DNA of 56,547 bases from contig JACQMS010000030.1 in assembly GCA_016203445.1 (NCBI GenBank), positions 1-56,547 of the forward strand, read 5' to 3'. The notes below the pieces were generated by a model. The model did not search any database. It was not told where the DNA came from and was given only the letters and a program-made list of their open reading frames with translations. The stretch's first letter is position 1, and each line of letters starts with the position of its first letter. Below, one piece after another: positions 37,245 to 47,800 of this stretch. The DNA is from Candidatus Woesearchaeota archaeon (GTDB taxonomy: Archaea > Nanobdellota > Nanobdellia > Woesearchaeales > ARS49). Made by a program: the position numbers and the translations under genes.

Positions 37245-37327
37245 CTTCTCGCTACTGCTCGAACCATTTGCTGCAATAAATCCCTTAGTCATCGAGGAAT
37301 ATCGCTTCGCGAATTCCTCATAAGAAA
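37245..37327. repeat. REP-like dispersed 83-bp element, copy B
   Basis: Homologous to 109..191. Hairpin GAGGAAT-ATCGCTTCGCGA-ATTCCTC. Lies between two convergent tRNAs. Confidence 0.8.
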
Positions 37328-37354
37328 AACGTGTTTTTAACAAGAATTTTTGAA

Positions 37355-37438
37355 TGCGAGAGGCAGGATTTGAACCTGCGAACCCGCTGAGGGACAAGCT
37401 CCTGAAGCTTGCGCATTTGACCGCTCTGCTACTCTCGC
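37355..37438 (-). tRNA. tRNA-Leu(CAG)
   Basis: Reverse complement gives GCGAGAG/CTCTCGC, CAAGC-TTCAGGA-GCTTG, long variable arm. Confidence 0.97.
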
Positions 37439-37523
37439 ATTGAAGAAAAGTTTAAAAATAATGACTTCTTTAACTTAGTATTCCTTTTGTTAGTAAAAAA
37501 TTTATTGTTGGAGGTGAATTTTT

Positions 37524-37595
37524 ATGGGTGATGATGATATTGATGATGATTTTGATGATAGCGATGATGATAACTCTTCAAATGATGAAGAGTAA
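37524..37595 (+). CDS. Putative 23-aa acidic microprotein MGDDDIDDDFDDSDDDNSSNDEE
   Basis: GGAGGTGA at 37510..37517, ATG at 37524, T-rich tract after the stop. Confidence 0.55.
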   Translation: MGDDDIDDDFDDSDDDNSSNDEE

Positions 37596-37621
37596 TGATT
37601 AATTTTTTTCTTCCTGCATTT

Positions 37622-39031
37622 TTATGCTTCTCTTAGATATCCCCACGTGTGAAGTTTGTCAGAGTCTTCATACCATCTTTCTCCTATGTCGTCTCTGTAA
37701 TACATGTGAGGTATGTTTATGTTTTTGATTCTTTTGTATACTTGTTTTTGTGCTTCTCTCATCGTTTGACCTGTTCCGCACACTATTAGTGCTATACCGC
37801 TCGTTCCAGTTATCACCCACTCGTCGTTCACTAATTTTATGTCTCCTATGTGAACTCCTTCTGTTGGCTTTCTGAAATATATTACTGAGTCTTTAGATTT
37901 TACTTCGAATGTTTCTTTGTCTCTGTAAGGAAATGGTGGAACCACTATTTGTACGCATATTTGGAATCCACTTTTAGTTCTTAGTTTTGGATCTTTTCCG
38001 TGCGCCATATCATACAAGAATTCTCCTGTTGGTGTTAGCATTCCTTCCATTTGCAGGCTTATCGTGGGATATCCAAACCTCATAGTGAATTCCAAAGGAT
38101 AAATTCCATGATTGTTGACTATACAATTTATATCTGCGTACCCAACATATCCTTCTTGAGCCAGCTTCGGCTCCATTTTTTTTAATGTTGAGTTGAATAA
38201 TTTGTTTGGTTGTGAAAAAAACGCCGCGGTTCCCATCTCTCCTGTCGATGGTCCTAATTCTCCCGGAAATAATTTTTTGTGTTCGAAATTTACATGTATT
38301 GGCGTTATGAATTCTTTTCCGTTGAAGAATGCTCCTACTGCTATTTCTACTCCTGTTACTCTTTTTTGTAGCTGGAATACAGGTATTTTTTTTGCCCACG
38401 CTTTTTTGTAGTCATCTAGTACTTGTAATACATCTCTTCCATCTTCTTCTTCTCCTATAAATAATAGTCCTTTGTTGTTTTGTGCTTCTCCGCTGGGCTT
38501 TATCACATACCTTCCTGGGTTTTCCTTAACATAATTTATTGCTTCATCAAAATTTCTAAATTCTTTGTATGGTAGTATCTGCACTCCCGAATTTTTTAGT
38601 TCTTCTTGCCCAAAAGATCTGTCGTCTTCAAGCTTGTCTGTGTATGGTGTACCTCCTATCACTGCTTTTCCTTTTTCTCTTAATTTTTTTGCTTCTGTTC
38701 CTTGACCTAAAACGTCGTCGAACACTATTACGTCTGCCCAGTCTACATGTTCTTTCCAATTATCTATTTTTTCTATAAATCCGTCACCGACTTCTTTTTC
38801 TTCTTTGTCTTCTGTGAAATATTTTACTTCGTGGCCTTCTTTTTTTACGTGCCATGCCAGATCTGTTGCCAGTGATTCTATCGTTACGAACAAGAATTTT
38901 TTTGGAACTGTTGGAGTATTTCCTCCATTTCCTTGGAATTTTTCTATTTTTTCTGTCATTTTCTGAAACTTTTTTTCTGTAGTATTAAAACCTTTTTCTT
39001 TCAGAATTTTTTTTTCAAGCAATAACCTCAA
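37622..39031 (-). CDS. PurD-like ATP-grasp ligase (phosphoribosylamine-glycine ligase family)
   Basis: LEDDRSFGQ, VIKP.G, FEHKKLFPGELGPSTGEMGT, LEFTMRFGYP, YYRDDIG. Alternative start at 38959. Confidence 0.8.
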   Translation of the reverse strand: MRLLLEKKILKEKGFNTTEKKFQKMTEKIEKFQGNGGNTPTVPKKFLFVTIESLATDLAWHVKKEGHEVKYFTEDKEEKEVGDGFIEKIDNWKEHVDWADVIVFDDVLGQGTEAKKLREKGKAVIGGTPYTDKLEDDRSFGQEELKNSGVQILPYKEFRNFDEAINYVKENPGRYVIKPSGEAQNNKGLLFIGEEEDGRDVLQVLDDYKKAWAKKIPVFQLQKRVTGVEIAVGAFFNGKEFITPIHVNFEHKKLFPGELGPSTGEMGTAAFFSQPNKLFNSTLKKMEPKLAQEGYVGYADINCIVNNHGIYPLEFTMRFGYPTISLQMEGMLTPTGEFLYDMAHGKDPKLRTKSGFQICVQIVVPPFPYRDKETFEVKSKDSVIYFRKPTEGVHIGDIKLVNDEWVITGTSGIALIVCGTGQTMREAQKQVYKRIKNINIPHMYYRDDIGERWYEDSDKLHTWGYLREA

Positions 39032-40352
39032 ATGTTCCGGGTCCTGCCATTCCCATTCCGCACGTGAAATGTATTGTTCCGGTATTTTCTGGTGTAAATT
39101 TTATTACGTTCACATCTTTTGTTAATCTTTTTGTTATTCCTAGTTTTGGCACTGTTAATATTTGCGCGCACCCTTGGGCTTTTGTTCCGTCTACTTTCCA
39201 TTCTACTGGAACTCCTTTTTGTATTATAAATTTTGACGGCGAGTAATCAAGTCCTACTACGTTCATTTCTATTGTTTGAACTTCTATTCCTGGAGCTATT
39301 GCGTTTTGCGTATCTTTTGAGCTCGGGTTGTTCCAATCTATCCCTATCAGTGTTAGTCCGCCGGTAATGCTTATAATTCCAAATATTAAAACTATGCTTC
39401 CTGCGGTTTTCACGAAATAATTTTTCCACTTTCCGCTTGTGTAACTGCTTACCACTCCAAGTGTTATTAATGCTGGAGCAGTTCCTAGCGCGAATGATGT
39501 CATTATTCCTGCCCCAAGTATGGCGCTTCCTGTGCTTAGTACATATATTTGTAGTGCTTGTGTGAATCCGCATGGAAGAAAAAATGTTAATGCTCCAAGT
39601 ATTACTGGTCCTGTTTTTCCTTGTTCCTGATTCTCGTGAATTTTGTGAGCTATATATTTTGGCATTCTTATATTGTATTTTTGCAGTCCTGGAAATATGT
39701 TTAATAGTTGTAATCCTAATAGCATCATCACGACGCTTACTATTATTATCAGTACTCCATTGATTATTGGTGATAGTGCCATTGTGGATCCTATCAACCC
39801 TATTATTCCTCCGAATATTCCGTAAGCAATTATTCTTGAAATGTTGAAAACTATATGCGGCTTGAATTTTTGGTATTTTGTAAGCGCTGGGTGTTGTTCT
39901 GAATATTTTGTCGAAATTCCCAGTAGTAATCCCCCGGTTACTGCGAGGCATGTTGATAGTGATGCTATTATTCCTAGTATGAATGCTAGTCCATAGCTTA
40001 CGTTTTCTCCTATTCCTATGTTTGATGGTATTATGTTTACTTGTTTCAATATTATATACGCAGCTACTACCAAAAGGAATATTGCCCCCGTTTCTAAGTG
40101 TTCTTTTTTTATTGTTATTTTTGATTCTCCAATATTTTCTTCAGGTTCTAGTTTTATTGTGTAATTTGTGTTCTGTACTGCGTCTTTTAATTTTTCTATT
40201 GTTATATCTCCTTCGCAAGTTAGTACTGCTTTACCTCTTGAGTGATCTACTCTTGCTTCTTTTACTCCTTTTATCTTTTTAAAATTTTGTTCTAGCAATA
40301 CTTCACAGCTTCGACAGTGCATTCCTTCTATGTCTATGCTAACCTTTTTCAT
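39015..40352 (-). CDS. HMA domain + TauE/DsbD_2 membrane domain + cupredoxin fusion
   Basis: GMHCRSCE, STCLAVTGG, LPCGFTQ, F.LGTAP, FTCGMGM. Confidence 0.9.
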   Translation of the reverse strand: MKKVSIDIEGMHCRSCEVLLEQNFKKIKGVKEARVDHSRGKAVLTCEGDITIEKLKDAVQNTNYTIKLEPEENIGESKITIKKEHLETGAIFLLVVAAYIILKQVNIIPSNIGIGENVSYGLAFILGIIASLSTCLAVTGGLLLGISTKYSEQHPALTKYQKFKPHIVFNISRIIAYGIFGGIIGLIGSTMALSPIINGVLIIIVSVVMMLLGLQLLNIFPGLQKYNIRMPKYIAHKIHENQEQGKTGPVILGALTFFLPCGFTQALQIYVLSTGSAILGAGIMTSFALGTAPALITLGVVSSYTSGKWKNYFVKTAGSIVLIFGIISITGGLTLIGIDWNNPSSKDTQNAIAPGIEVQTIEMNVVGLDYSPSKFIIQKGVPVEWKVDGTKAQGCAQILTVPKLGITKRLTKDVNVIKFTPENTGTIHFTCGMGMAGPGTFEVIA

Positions 40353-40390
40353 AACTATTCAAGTTTTATTTTTGTTATTTAAATTACTTT

Positions 40391-40825
40391 CTATTCTATT
40401 TTCAATAGTTTTATTCTAAATGTTAATGTTTTTCCGGCTAATGGGTGGTTTAGATCTATTGTGACATTGTCGTTTGTGTATTCTGTTACTGTTGCCGGGA
40501 AAGTTTGTCCTGCTGACATTTTTATTCCTAGAACCATTCCTTTTTCTAATTTTTGTCCTGCTGGTAAAACATTTTTTGGTACTTGTCTTCTTAGATTTGG
40601 ATCATGGATCCCGTATGCCTGTTCTGGTTTTATTGTTACGGTTTTTTCTTCACCTTCCAACATTCCTGTTACCGCATTTTCAAATCCTTGAACTACTTCT
40701 ACTTTTCCTATTGTGAATGTTAGTGGTTCTTTTCCTTGAGAGCTGTCAAATTGTCTTCCATCTTCGAACATTCCTGTATAGTGAACTGTTACTTTGTTTC
40801 CGTTTTTTGCTTTTTGGTCGTTCAT
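40391..40825 (-). CDS. slyD: FKBP-type peptidyl-prolyl isomerase (SlyD-like)
   Basis: VHYTG, FDSS, P..AYG, IDLNHPLAGKTL.F. Confidence 0.92.
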   Translation of the reverse strand: MNDQKAKNGNKVTVHYTGMFEDGRQFDSSQGKEPLTFTIGKVEVVQGFENAVTGMLEGEEKTVTIKPEQAYGIHDPNLRRQVPKNVLPAGQKLEKGMVLGIKMSAGQTFPATVTEYTNDNVTIDLNHPLAGKTLTFRIKLLKIE

Positions 40826-40955
40826 ATTAATTCATCTCCCGTCTATTGCTTTTTTTTTACCCTTTTAGCGTTAAAAAGAAGTCTTGACGATATTTTCTGG
40901 TTTAACAGGAAGTATTTATTGTTTTTGTTTTTTAATGCAGAGTTTTTTTTTTTAA

Positions 40956-41540
40956 TTATTGTCTCATCATCATTCTTTTTGTTAAAATGTATCCTAGGAT
41001 TATAATTATTGCTATTGTTAATATTCTTTTTACTAGTTTTACATCTTTTAGTACGTGTTCTATGTTTGTTGAGAAGTACCATCCTATCAGTATCATTAGT
41101 GGCACATACAATAATACTGCCACGAGGTTAACGATTTGGTATTTTGACCATTTCACTCCCGTGTACCCTGCTAGTGCCGGCCCGAATATTTTTAGTCCTG
41201 GAAGGAATCTCATTATGAATATTGCTTTCAGTGGGTGTTCTTTGAAAAGTTTTAGTTCTTTGTCAACTCTTTTTTTTGGTATTCTGAACCTTTTCTCTAC
41301 TGTTTTGAGAAATCTTTCTCCGTGGTCTCTTCCCAGAATATACCCTGCATTGTCTCCTGCAATAACTCCTGTTACTGCCGCTATTAATGTTAGCCATATG
41401 TTTGTGAATCCTTCGGCTGATATGAATCCTCCTAGTAATAGTATAGGTTCTTCAGGCATTGGCACTCCTACCCCGCTTATGAATAATAATGCTATTATTG
41501 CTAGATATGTGAAGTTTTCCAGTATTGTTTCGATTATCAT
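40956..41540 (-). CDS. DedA family membrane protein
   Basis: GVPMPEE, GDNAGY..GR, RFLPGLK. Confidence 0.9.
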   Translation of the reverse strand: MIIETILENFTYLAIIALLFISGVGVPMPEEPILLLGGFISAEGFTNIWLTLIAAVTGVIAGDNAGYILGRDHGERFLKTVEKRFRIPKKRVDKELKLFKEHPLKAIFIMRFLPGLKIFGPALAGYTGVKWSKYQIVNLVAVLLYVPLMILIGWYFSTNIEHVLKDVKLVKRILTIAIIIILGYILTKRMMMRQ

Positions 41541-41586
41541 ATTATTATTCTAAAATTTCCTCTTTTTTATGCATTTCTTTCACGCC

Positions 41587-42120
41587 TCACACCTCTATTC
41601 CTTCCTTTCTTAATTCTTCTTTCCACTGTAGTCCTAGTTTCATTAAATCGTTTGTAAATTTTGATCCTAATTTGTATGTTTTTTTGTATAAATCGTAATC
41701 TATTAATCCCATTGCTTTCATTGGTGTTAGTATTCTGTCGTAGAATTGTCTTTTGTTGTATGATAACTTTACTTTTTTTCCTTTGTAGTTTCCTTCTGAT
41801 ATTGTTGTTTGGTATGTTCCTTCGTGAAGTTTTGTTGCGAACATACTCATATCTGTTTTTGTGATCTCGTTTTTGTTTGCGGATACATATTTGACTAATT
41901 CTTTTGCTACTATTGCCTGCTGTTCCGTCGCAAATATAGTTTCTAATATGTGCTCTGGCAGGTTGTTCCTGTCGTAGAGTATGACCATGATTTGATCCTC
42001 CTTCGGCTCTTTCACCAACCCCTCTGTTGCCTTTTTTGCATTGTGGTATATAAAGTTTACCACTTTACCTACCTGTTGATGTTTGCTGTATTCTGATATG
42101 TATTTTGTAGAAGTAGCCAT
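41587..42120 (-). CDS. Hypothetical protein with a possible winged-helix C-terminus, divergent from ftsZ
   Basis: SYNKRQFYDRILTPMKAMGLIDYD..KKTYKL. ATG 42120 preferred. Confidence 0.7.
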   Translation of the reverse strand: MATSTKYISEYSKHQQVGKVVNFIYHNAKKATEGLVKEPKEDQIMVILYDRNNLPEHILETIFATEQQAIVAKELVKYVSANKNEITKTDMSMFATKLHEGTYQTTISEGNYKGKKVKLSYNKRQFYDRILTPMKAMGLIDYDLYKKTYKLGSKFTNDLMKLGLQWKEELRKEGIEV

Positions 42121-42435
42121 AATAGAAACATTTATATATGAGTATACCTTTTTAATAACTGGTATACCAAAAGTGTATACTGGCGCCTTATGTGATGATA
42201 AGGTGCTTTCACAGTCCCCATGCAGGCTCTCTCGCGTCTGGTTCTTCATGCATTAACCCCCAACATCACAACCCAACTTTGGAGAGCCTGCTCTTATATT
42301 CATAAAGAGAAGCAGTGCTTCTCGTCAAAAAAGGTATGTAAAAAGTTTTACATTGTTATAAAATTCACTGGCGGTAATCCTTGGAGAAATCCAGTGGTTG
42401 CTTCTCAATGAAAAAATTGTGTGAGGTTGGTGAAC

Positions 42436-43497
42436 ATGGATATACTTGTGGAAAACAGTAGGAGACAACAAGTTCCGGAATTCGAAGTCGGAATGGCTAA
42501 TATTAAGGTTATTGGCGTCGGTGGCGCCGGTAACAATATGGTTGGATGGCTCTACAAAAAGGGCATTAAGGGCGCTGAAGTTTTGGCGTGCAATACTGAC
42601 AGGCAGCACATTGATATTACTCCTGCCGATAAAAAATTTTTGATTGGCAGAGATACTACTAGAGGTCTTGGTTGCGGTGGTTTTCCTCAGAAGGGTGCTG
42701 AAGCTGCTCAAGAATCTTTGAACGAGTTGAAGGAATCTTTAAGAAATTCTGACATGGTTTTTGTTTGCGCAGGTATGGGCGGCGGTACTGGTACCGGAGC
42801 CGCTCCTGTTGTCGCAAAGCTTGCTAAGGAAATGGGTGCCATAGTTATTGGAACTGTTACTATGCCTTTTAATATTGAGCGCGCTCGTGTTGACAAGGCA
42901 GAGTTTGGTCTCCAACAATTAAGGTCCGTGTCAGATACTGTGGTTGTTATTGATAATAACAGGCTTGTACAGTTGGCCGGAAATCTTCCTGTACAGCAGG
43001 CTTTCGCTGTTGCTAATGAGCTTGTTGCAACTATGATTAAGGGAATTGTTGAAACTATAGCCATCCCTAGTCTTGTGAACCTTGATTTTGCGGACGTTAA
43101 GGCCATTATGACTAACGGTGGTGTTGCCGCTATTGGTATTGGTAGTTCTGATACTAACAATCGTGTTGAAGAGGCAGTTAAGGGCGCGCTTACAAACCCG
43201 TTATTGGACATAAAATACGACGGAGCCACTGGAGCATTGATCCATATTGAAGGAGGCCCGGACTTGACTCTTGAAGAGGTTAGCCGTGCTGGAGATTTGG
43301 TAACTCAGAACATGGATGATGATGCAAACGTCATATGGGGTGCTAGAATTTCAGACCACATGAAAGGTAAAGTAATGGTTATGACCATTATTACTGGCGT
43401 GAAATCTCCATGGATTACCGGTATAGCTGATGCCAAGGGCAAAAAGAGTCCTAGACATGCTGCTTTCAACAGCGAGCTTGGTATAGAAACTTTGTAG
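42436..43497 (+). CDS. ftsZ: Cell division protein FtsZ
   Basis: GVGGAGNN, GMGGGTGTG, NLDFADV, IWGA. ATG 42436 follows a GAGG/GGTGA ribosome-binding site. Confidence 0.97.
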   Translation: MDILVENSRRQQVPEFEVGMANIKVIGVGGAGNNMVGWLYKKGIKGAEVLACNTDRQHIDITPADKKFLIGRDTTRGLGCGGFPQKGAEAAQESLNELKESLRNSDMVFVCAGMGGGTGTGAAPVVAKLAKEMGAIVIGTVTMPFNIERARVDKAEFGLQQLRSVSDTVVVIDNNRLVQLAGNLPVQQAFAVANELVATMIKGIVETIAIPSLVNLDFADVKAIMTNGGVAAIGIGSSDTNNRVEEAVKGALTNPLLDIKYDGATGALIHIEGGPDLTLEEVSRAGDLVTQNMDDDANVIWGARISDHMKGKVMVMTIITGVKSPWITGIADAKGKKSPRHAAFNSELGIETL

Positions 43498-43522
43498 GAA
43501 TAGTTTAGTAATTTAGAATCCA

Positions 43523-43559
43523 TCCCGTCGGTAAGCATTTGCCGGCGGGAATTTTTTTT
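43523..43559 (+). terminator. Hairpin plus U-tract terminator after ftsZ
   Basis: TCCCGTCGGTAA-GCAT-TTGCCGGCGGGA followed by A and T8. Confidence 0.75.
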
Positions 43560-43631
43560 GGTTTTTGTATTGTTTGTGTTTCTCCGTTGTCCCTCCAAAA
43601 TGTTTATATAAATGTCCAACACTTTTAATAT

Positions 43632-44168
43632 ATGAAACCTTCTTTAACTCTGGAAAACGCTCTTGAGCGCAGAATTTGTAATGATCCTGAATTTTTGGAA
43701 GGAATATTTTGGGGCAAATCCAGACCCGGACATCCTGAGGGCACCATTGCACTTCACGTTAAAGAAGTTCTTGACAATATTGACAAATTAAGTGTTGATG
43801 CAGATATTAGAAGAAATCTAAGAATTATTGCTCTGATCCATGATTCTTTCAAGTATAAAGTAGATCCATCAAAGAACAGAACTCCTGTTTATCATCATGG
43901 TTTTATTGCTAGAAAGTTTGCCGAAAAATATGTTAATGATCTTGATATTCTTGATATTATTGAACTTCATGATGAAGCTTTTCGTGCGTGGGCTAGAGGT
44001 CATAGATATAATAATTGGAGAGAAGCAGAAGTTCTTGCCAGGAAACTTATCGGAAGAATAAAAGATATGAAACTTTACATGTTGTTTTACAAATGTGATA
44101 CTATGACGGGTGATAAGTCGCATGAGGGGTATGATTGGTTTGGAAGTTTTGTGTCAAAACATTCTTAA
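43632..44168 (+). CDS. HD-domain protein
   Basis: HPEG..LHVKEV, LIHDSFK, HG..A, HD, CD. Confidence 0.8.
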   Translation: MKPSLTLENALERRICNDPEFLEGIFWGKSRPGHPEGTIALHVKEVLDNIDKLSVDADIRRNLRIIALIHDSFKYKVDPSKNRTPVYHHGFIARKFAEKYVNDLDILDIIELHDEAFRAWARGHRYNNWREAEVLARKLIGRIKDMKLYMLFYKCDTMTGDKSHEGYDWFGSFVSKHS

Positions 44169-44193
44169 ACGATTAGTTTTTCTTTCGAGATTT

Positions 44194-44862
44194 ATGGGGG
44201 GTTATGATCTTCGATCTTCTGTGAAGGCAACTTGTAGAAGTCTTGCTGTAGCTAGTGCTTCTCATCAATACATCTGGGTTGATAATAGTTTTCTTTGCTG
44301 GCGTGGTGAGACCGGTCACTCTTTTAATCGTCATCGCAGTATTGCTGACGCGTTTTACACTAGTGGTATTAGAAAACTTTTTTCTAGGGACGATTCTTTT
44401 GTTACAACTACTGCTATGGTTGATGAGAGACGCAGAGCTATCAATGGTATTAGCGGCGGTGGGTCTTTGACATCTTTGCGTAACGAGGTTTACCGCTTGT
44501 TCAATCTTTTGGAGGTTCGCAGGAGGATTGTTGATGCCAGAGAAATTCTTGGCTATTCTGATATTTGTGAAAAAGTTATTGGTGGAGCGATTAATTCTGT
44601 TTTATGTCTTTCTCACGTGGATATCACTATTCTTTGCGCGTCTGTTGCAAGGACTAATTCTGGTTTTTGTGATGCATTGTTGACTGATGATTCTGGGATT
44701 ATTGCGGGAGTTTCATACTTAACCAGCCGAGGATTTAGCGTTCCTGTCTATTCTAGAATTCTTCCTAGGGGCAAGTCAAGGCTTGAAGCTATAAAACTGT
44801 CTGCTGAAGAAATAAATTTTTTTCTTGATAAAAAGTTGGCTAGATCCGAGAAAGTTCTGTAA
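44194..44862 (+). CDS. PIN-domain-like protein
   Basis: IWVDNSFL, LSHVDITIL, LLTDDSGI acidic pattern. Confidence 0.6.
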   Translation: MGGYDLRSSVKATCRSLAVASASHQYIWVDNSFLCWRGETGHSFNRHRSIADAFYTSGIRKLFSRDDSFVTTTAMVDERRRAINGISGGGSLTSLRNEVYRLFNLLEVRRRIVDAREILGYSDICEKVIGGAINSVLCLSHVDITILCASVARTNSGFCDALLTDDSGIIAGVSYLTSRGFSVPVYSRILPRGKSRLEAIKLSAEEINFFLDKKLARSEKVL

Positions 44863-44872
44863 AAAATAAGTG

Positions 44873-47800
44873 TTACAATACATTCAATCCTATCTCTATT
44901 TTTTCTTCTTTTATTTTGTCTTTTTCGCTCCAGTCTAGTTTTGTTGTTGGAGCTTCATGATGGTTATGAATGTTAACAGATCCTGTTTTTTCTTTTATAA
45001 TTTCAATGTGCGGCGCTAGATTTTTTTGTAGATGTTCGCTCGTAGTAATATATAATGATACTTTGTCAGTTCTTTTCAGTCCTGCTTTTTTTCGTAGTGC
45101 TTGAACTCTTCTGGTGATTTCTCGTGCGTATCCTTCCGCGTCGAGTTCCGGAGTTGTATCTTTTGTTATATAGATGTGTCCATTGATTATCATTCCTTCC
45201 TGAAGGTGTGGTGGTGTTTCTCTCTCAGTAATTATATGTTCCTTTGTTATTTTTCTTTTTGTTCCTTCGTGTGTAAATTCATATGTATCTTTTTCTATTA
45301 GTGTTTCTGCTACTTTTTCACTGTTCTGTTTTATGTGTTCTCCTATTGCTGATGTTTCTTTTCCGTAAGTTTTTCCAAGAGTTGTAAAGTTTGGTCTCGC
45401 TTTATGTTTTACTCCGCCTATTTTTTCTGCAATCTTTATTTTTTTTGTATTGCATTGTGACAGTATTATTTCTTTTGTAGTTTTTACTGCATCTTTCACT
45501 TTTTTGTCTGTTGTAACAATTGTTATTTCTTGTATCGGCCATCTTACACTTCTTTTTATTTGTTCTCTGGCTGATAGCACTGCTCGTATGATGTCTTGAG
45601 CCGTTGCGATATATTCTTCAAGTTTAGGATTTGCAATTTTTTCGTCAGATACTGGCCATTCAAATTCGTGAATGCTTTCTTCTTTGAGTTTGAATGCCTC
45701 TCTGAAATTTTGGTACATTGCCTCTGTTGCATATGGAACGATTGGTGCAAGAAGTTGTAGTATGACAGTTATTGATTCATAAAGTGTTTCCAATACTATG
45801 TGTTTTTCATCTTCATCACTCATTTTTTCTCTTACCATTTGAACGTATGTTCTCGAAAGTTCTAGATAACCGCGTTCCAGTAGTATTGGTACTTCATCAA
45901 GGTGATATGTTTCAAATGCATTTGTAACTTTTTGTATTGTTGTTGTTATTAATGATAATGCATACTCTTCTTCTTTTCCTGCCTTATTTTTGCTTTTCTT
46001 TTTTGCGGGATTAACGTTGAGCTCCTCTGCCAGTGTTAGAACTAGTTTATGCAAGTTCCACAATACTCCTAAGTTCCTTTGTTTTACTCCTAAGTCTTCC
46101 CAAGAAAAATTTATGTTCTCCCCAGCTGAAACCCCGCCCATATAATATCTAAGCACGTCCGCCCCGTGCTTGTCTATAACCTCATAAGGTGATATTATGT
46201 TTCCTAAACTTTTGCTCATCTTCATTCCTTGATAGTCCAGCATCATTCCGTGCATGTATACTGCTTTGAATGGTTGCCTATCAAGAGTTATTGTTGAACA
46301 AATGCTTAATAGTGAGAACCATAATCTTACTTGTTCTGTCGCTTCTAGTATAAAATCTGCAGGAAAATATTTTTTGAAATAGTCCTCTCGCGCCGGGTAG
46401 TACAGACAGTTCCATGATGTTGTTCCCGCGTCAATCCACACGTCTAGAACGTCTGAGATTCTCTCCATAATTCCTCCGCATTCGCATTTTATTTTTACTT
46501 CGTCGATGTATGGTTTGTGCAAGTCTTCTGGTACTGGTGTTATAGCTTTCTGTTTCAATTCTTTTCTTGAGCCTATACACGTCACGCTTTTGCAATTTTT
46601 ACACTCCCATATTGGCACCGGCGCCCCCCAATATCTTTGTCTAGTAATAGAATTATCTTTAAGGTTTGATGTCCATCTTTCAAAATCTTCTTTGCCTCTT
46701 GATGGAACCCACTGAACATTTTTTCCTAGTTCTTTAATTCTGTCGCGCAGATCTTCTATTTTTAGGAAGTATTGCTCTGTAGTTCTGAATATTACTGGTT
46801 TGTGACACCTCCAGCAGTGAGGGTATTCGTGCTCAACTGTTGTAGTGTCTAGAAGTGCGCCTCTTTTTCTCAGTTCTTCTACAAAAAATGAATCGTCTTT
46901 TTTTGCCTTTTTCCCGCTGAACTCTGGAATTTCGTGAAAGTCTCCTTTTTCATCAAGAGTGTTGAATGCTGGCAGGCCATATTTTTTTCCTACTTCAAAA
47001 TCTTCGGGACCGCAGCCCGGGGCGCAGTGTACAAGACCCGTTCCCGCACTCGTGTCTACGAATTCTTCTGATAAAAGTATTGTGTGAATCCTATCATTTT
47101 TTTTTGCTTCTGAACTCTTGAAGAAAGGTATTACATCACTAAACGGATGTTCGTATGGTATTCCTTCTAATTTTTCTCCCATGAACTCTTCGAGTATTTT
47201 ATACCTTTTTTCCATTAATCCTTGAATGAACACTCCTGCCAATGGTTTCGCAACTATCCACACTTCATTTTTTTTGTTTTTATATTCAACTTCTGCTCGC
47301 ACGTACTCAATGCCAGGGTTTACCATTATTCCAAGGTTGTAAGGTATTGTCCAAGGCGTCGTGGTCCACACCATGAAATATTCATTTTTTTTCCCTTTTT
47401 CTTTAGACTTCATTTTTACGAATATAGAGTTTTCTTTCACATTCTCGTATTCTAGTTCGTGCTTTGCCAGCGCGGTTTCGCAAGACCCGCACCAAGTCAT
47501 ACTTTTCAATCCTTTGTATATTCTTCCCTGATCAAAAGCTTTTTTTATGAGCCACCATTCGCCCTCGATAAATTCTGGTGATAATGGGTAGTAAGCGTTT
47601 TCGTAATCCATCCAAACTCCAAGTCTTAGCAAGTCTTGATCCATCATTTTTGCGTTTGTTGTCGAAAATTCTTTGCACTCTTCAACAAACTTTTGCATTC
47701 CGAATTTCAGTATATCTTTTTTTGTTTCTAATTCAAACTTTTGTTGAACCTTGTTTTCTGTTGGCAGTCCATGCATGTCGTAGCCTGCTCTGTCCCACAC

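Noticed and set aside
39247-39951. 234-aa alternative-frame ORF
   Set aside because: Nested within the HMA-TauE gene, with low-complexity R/N-rich shadow composition.
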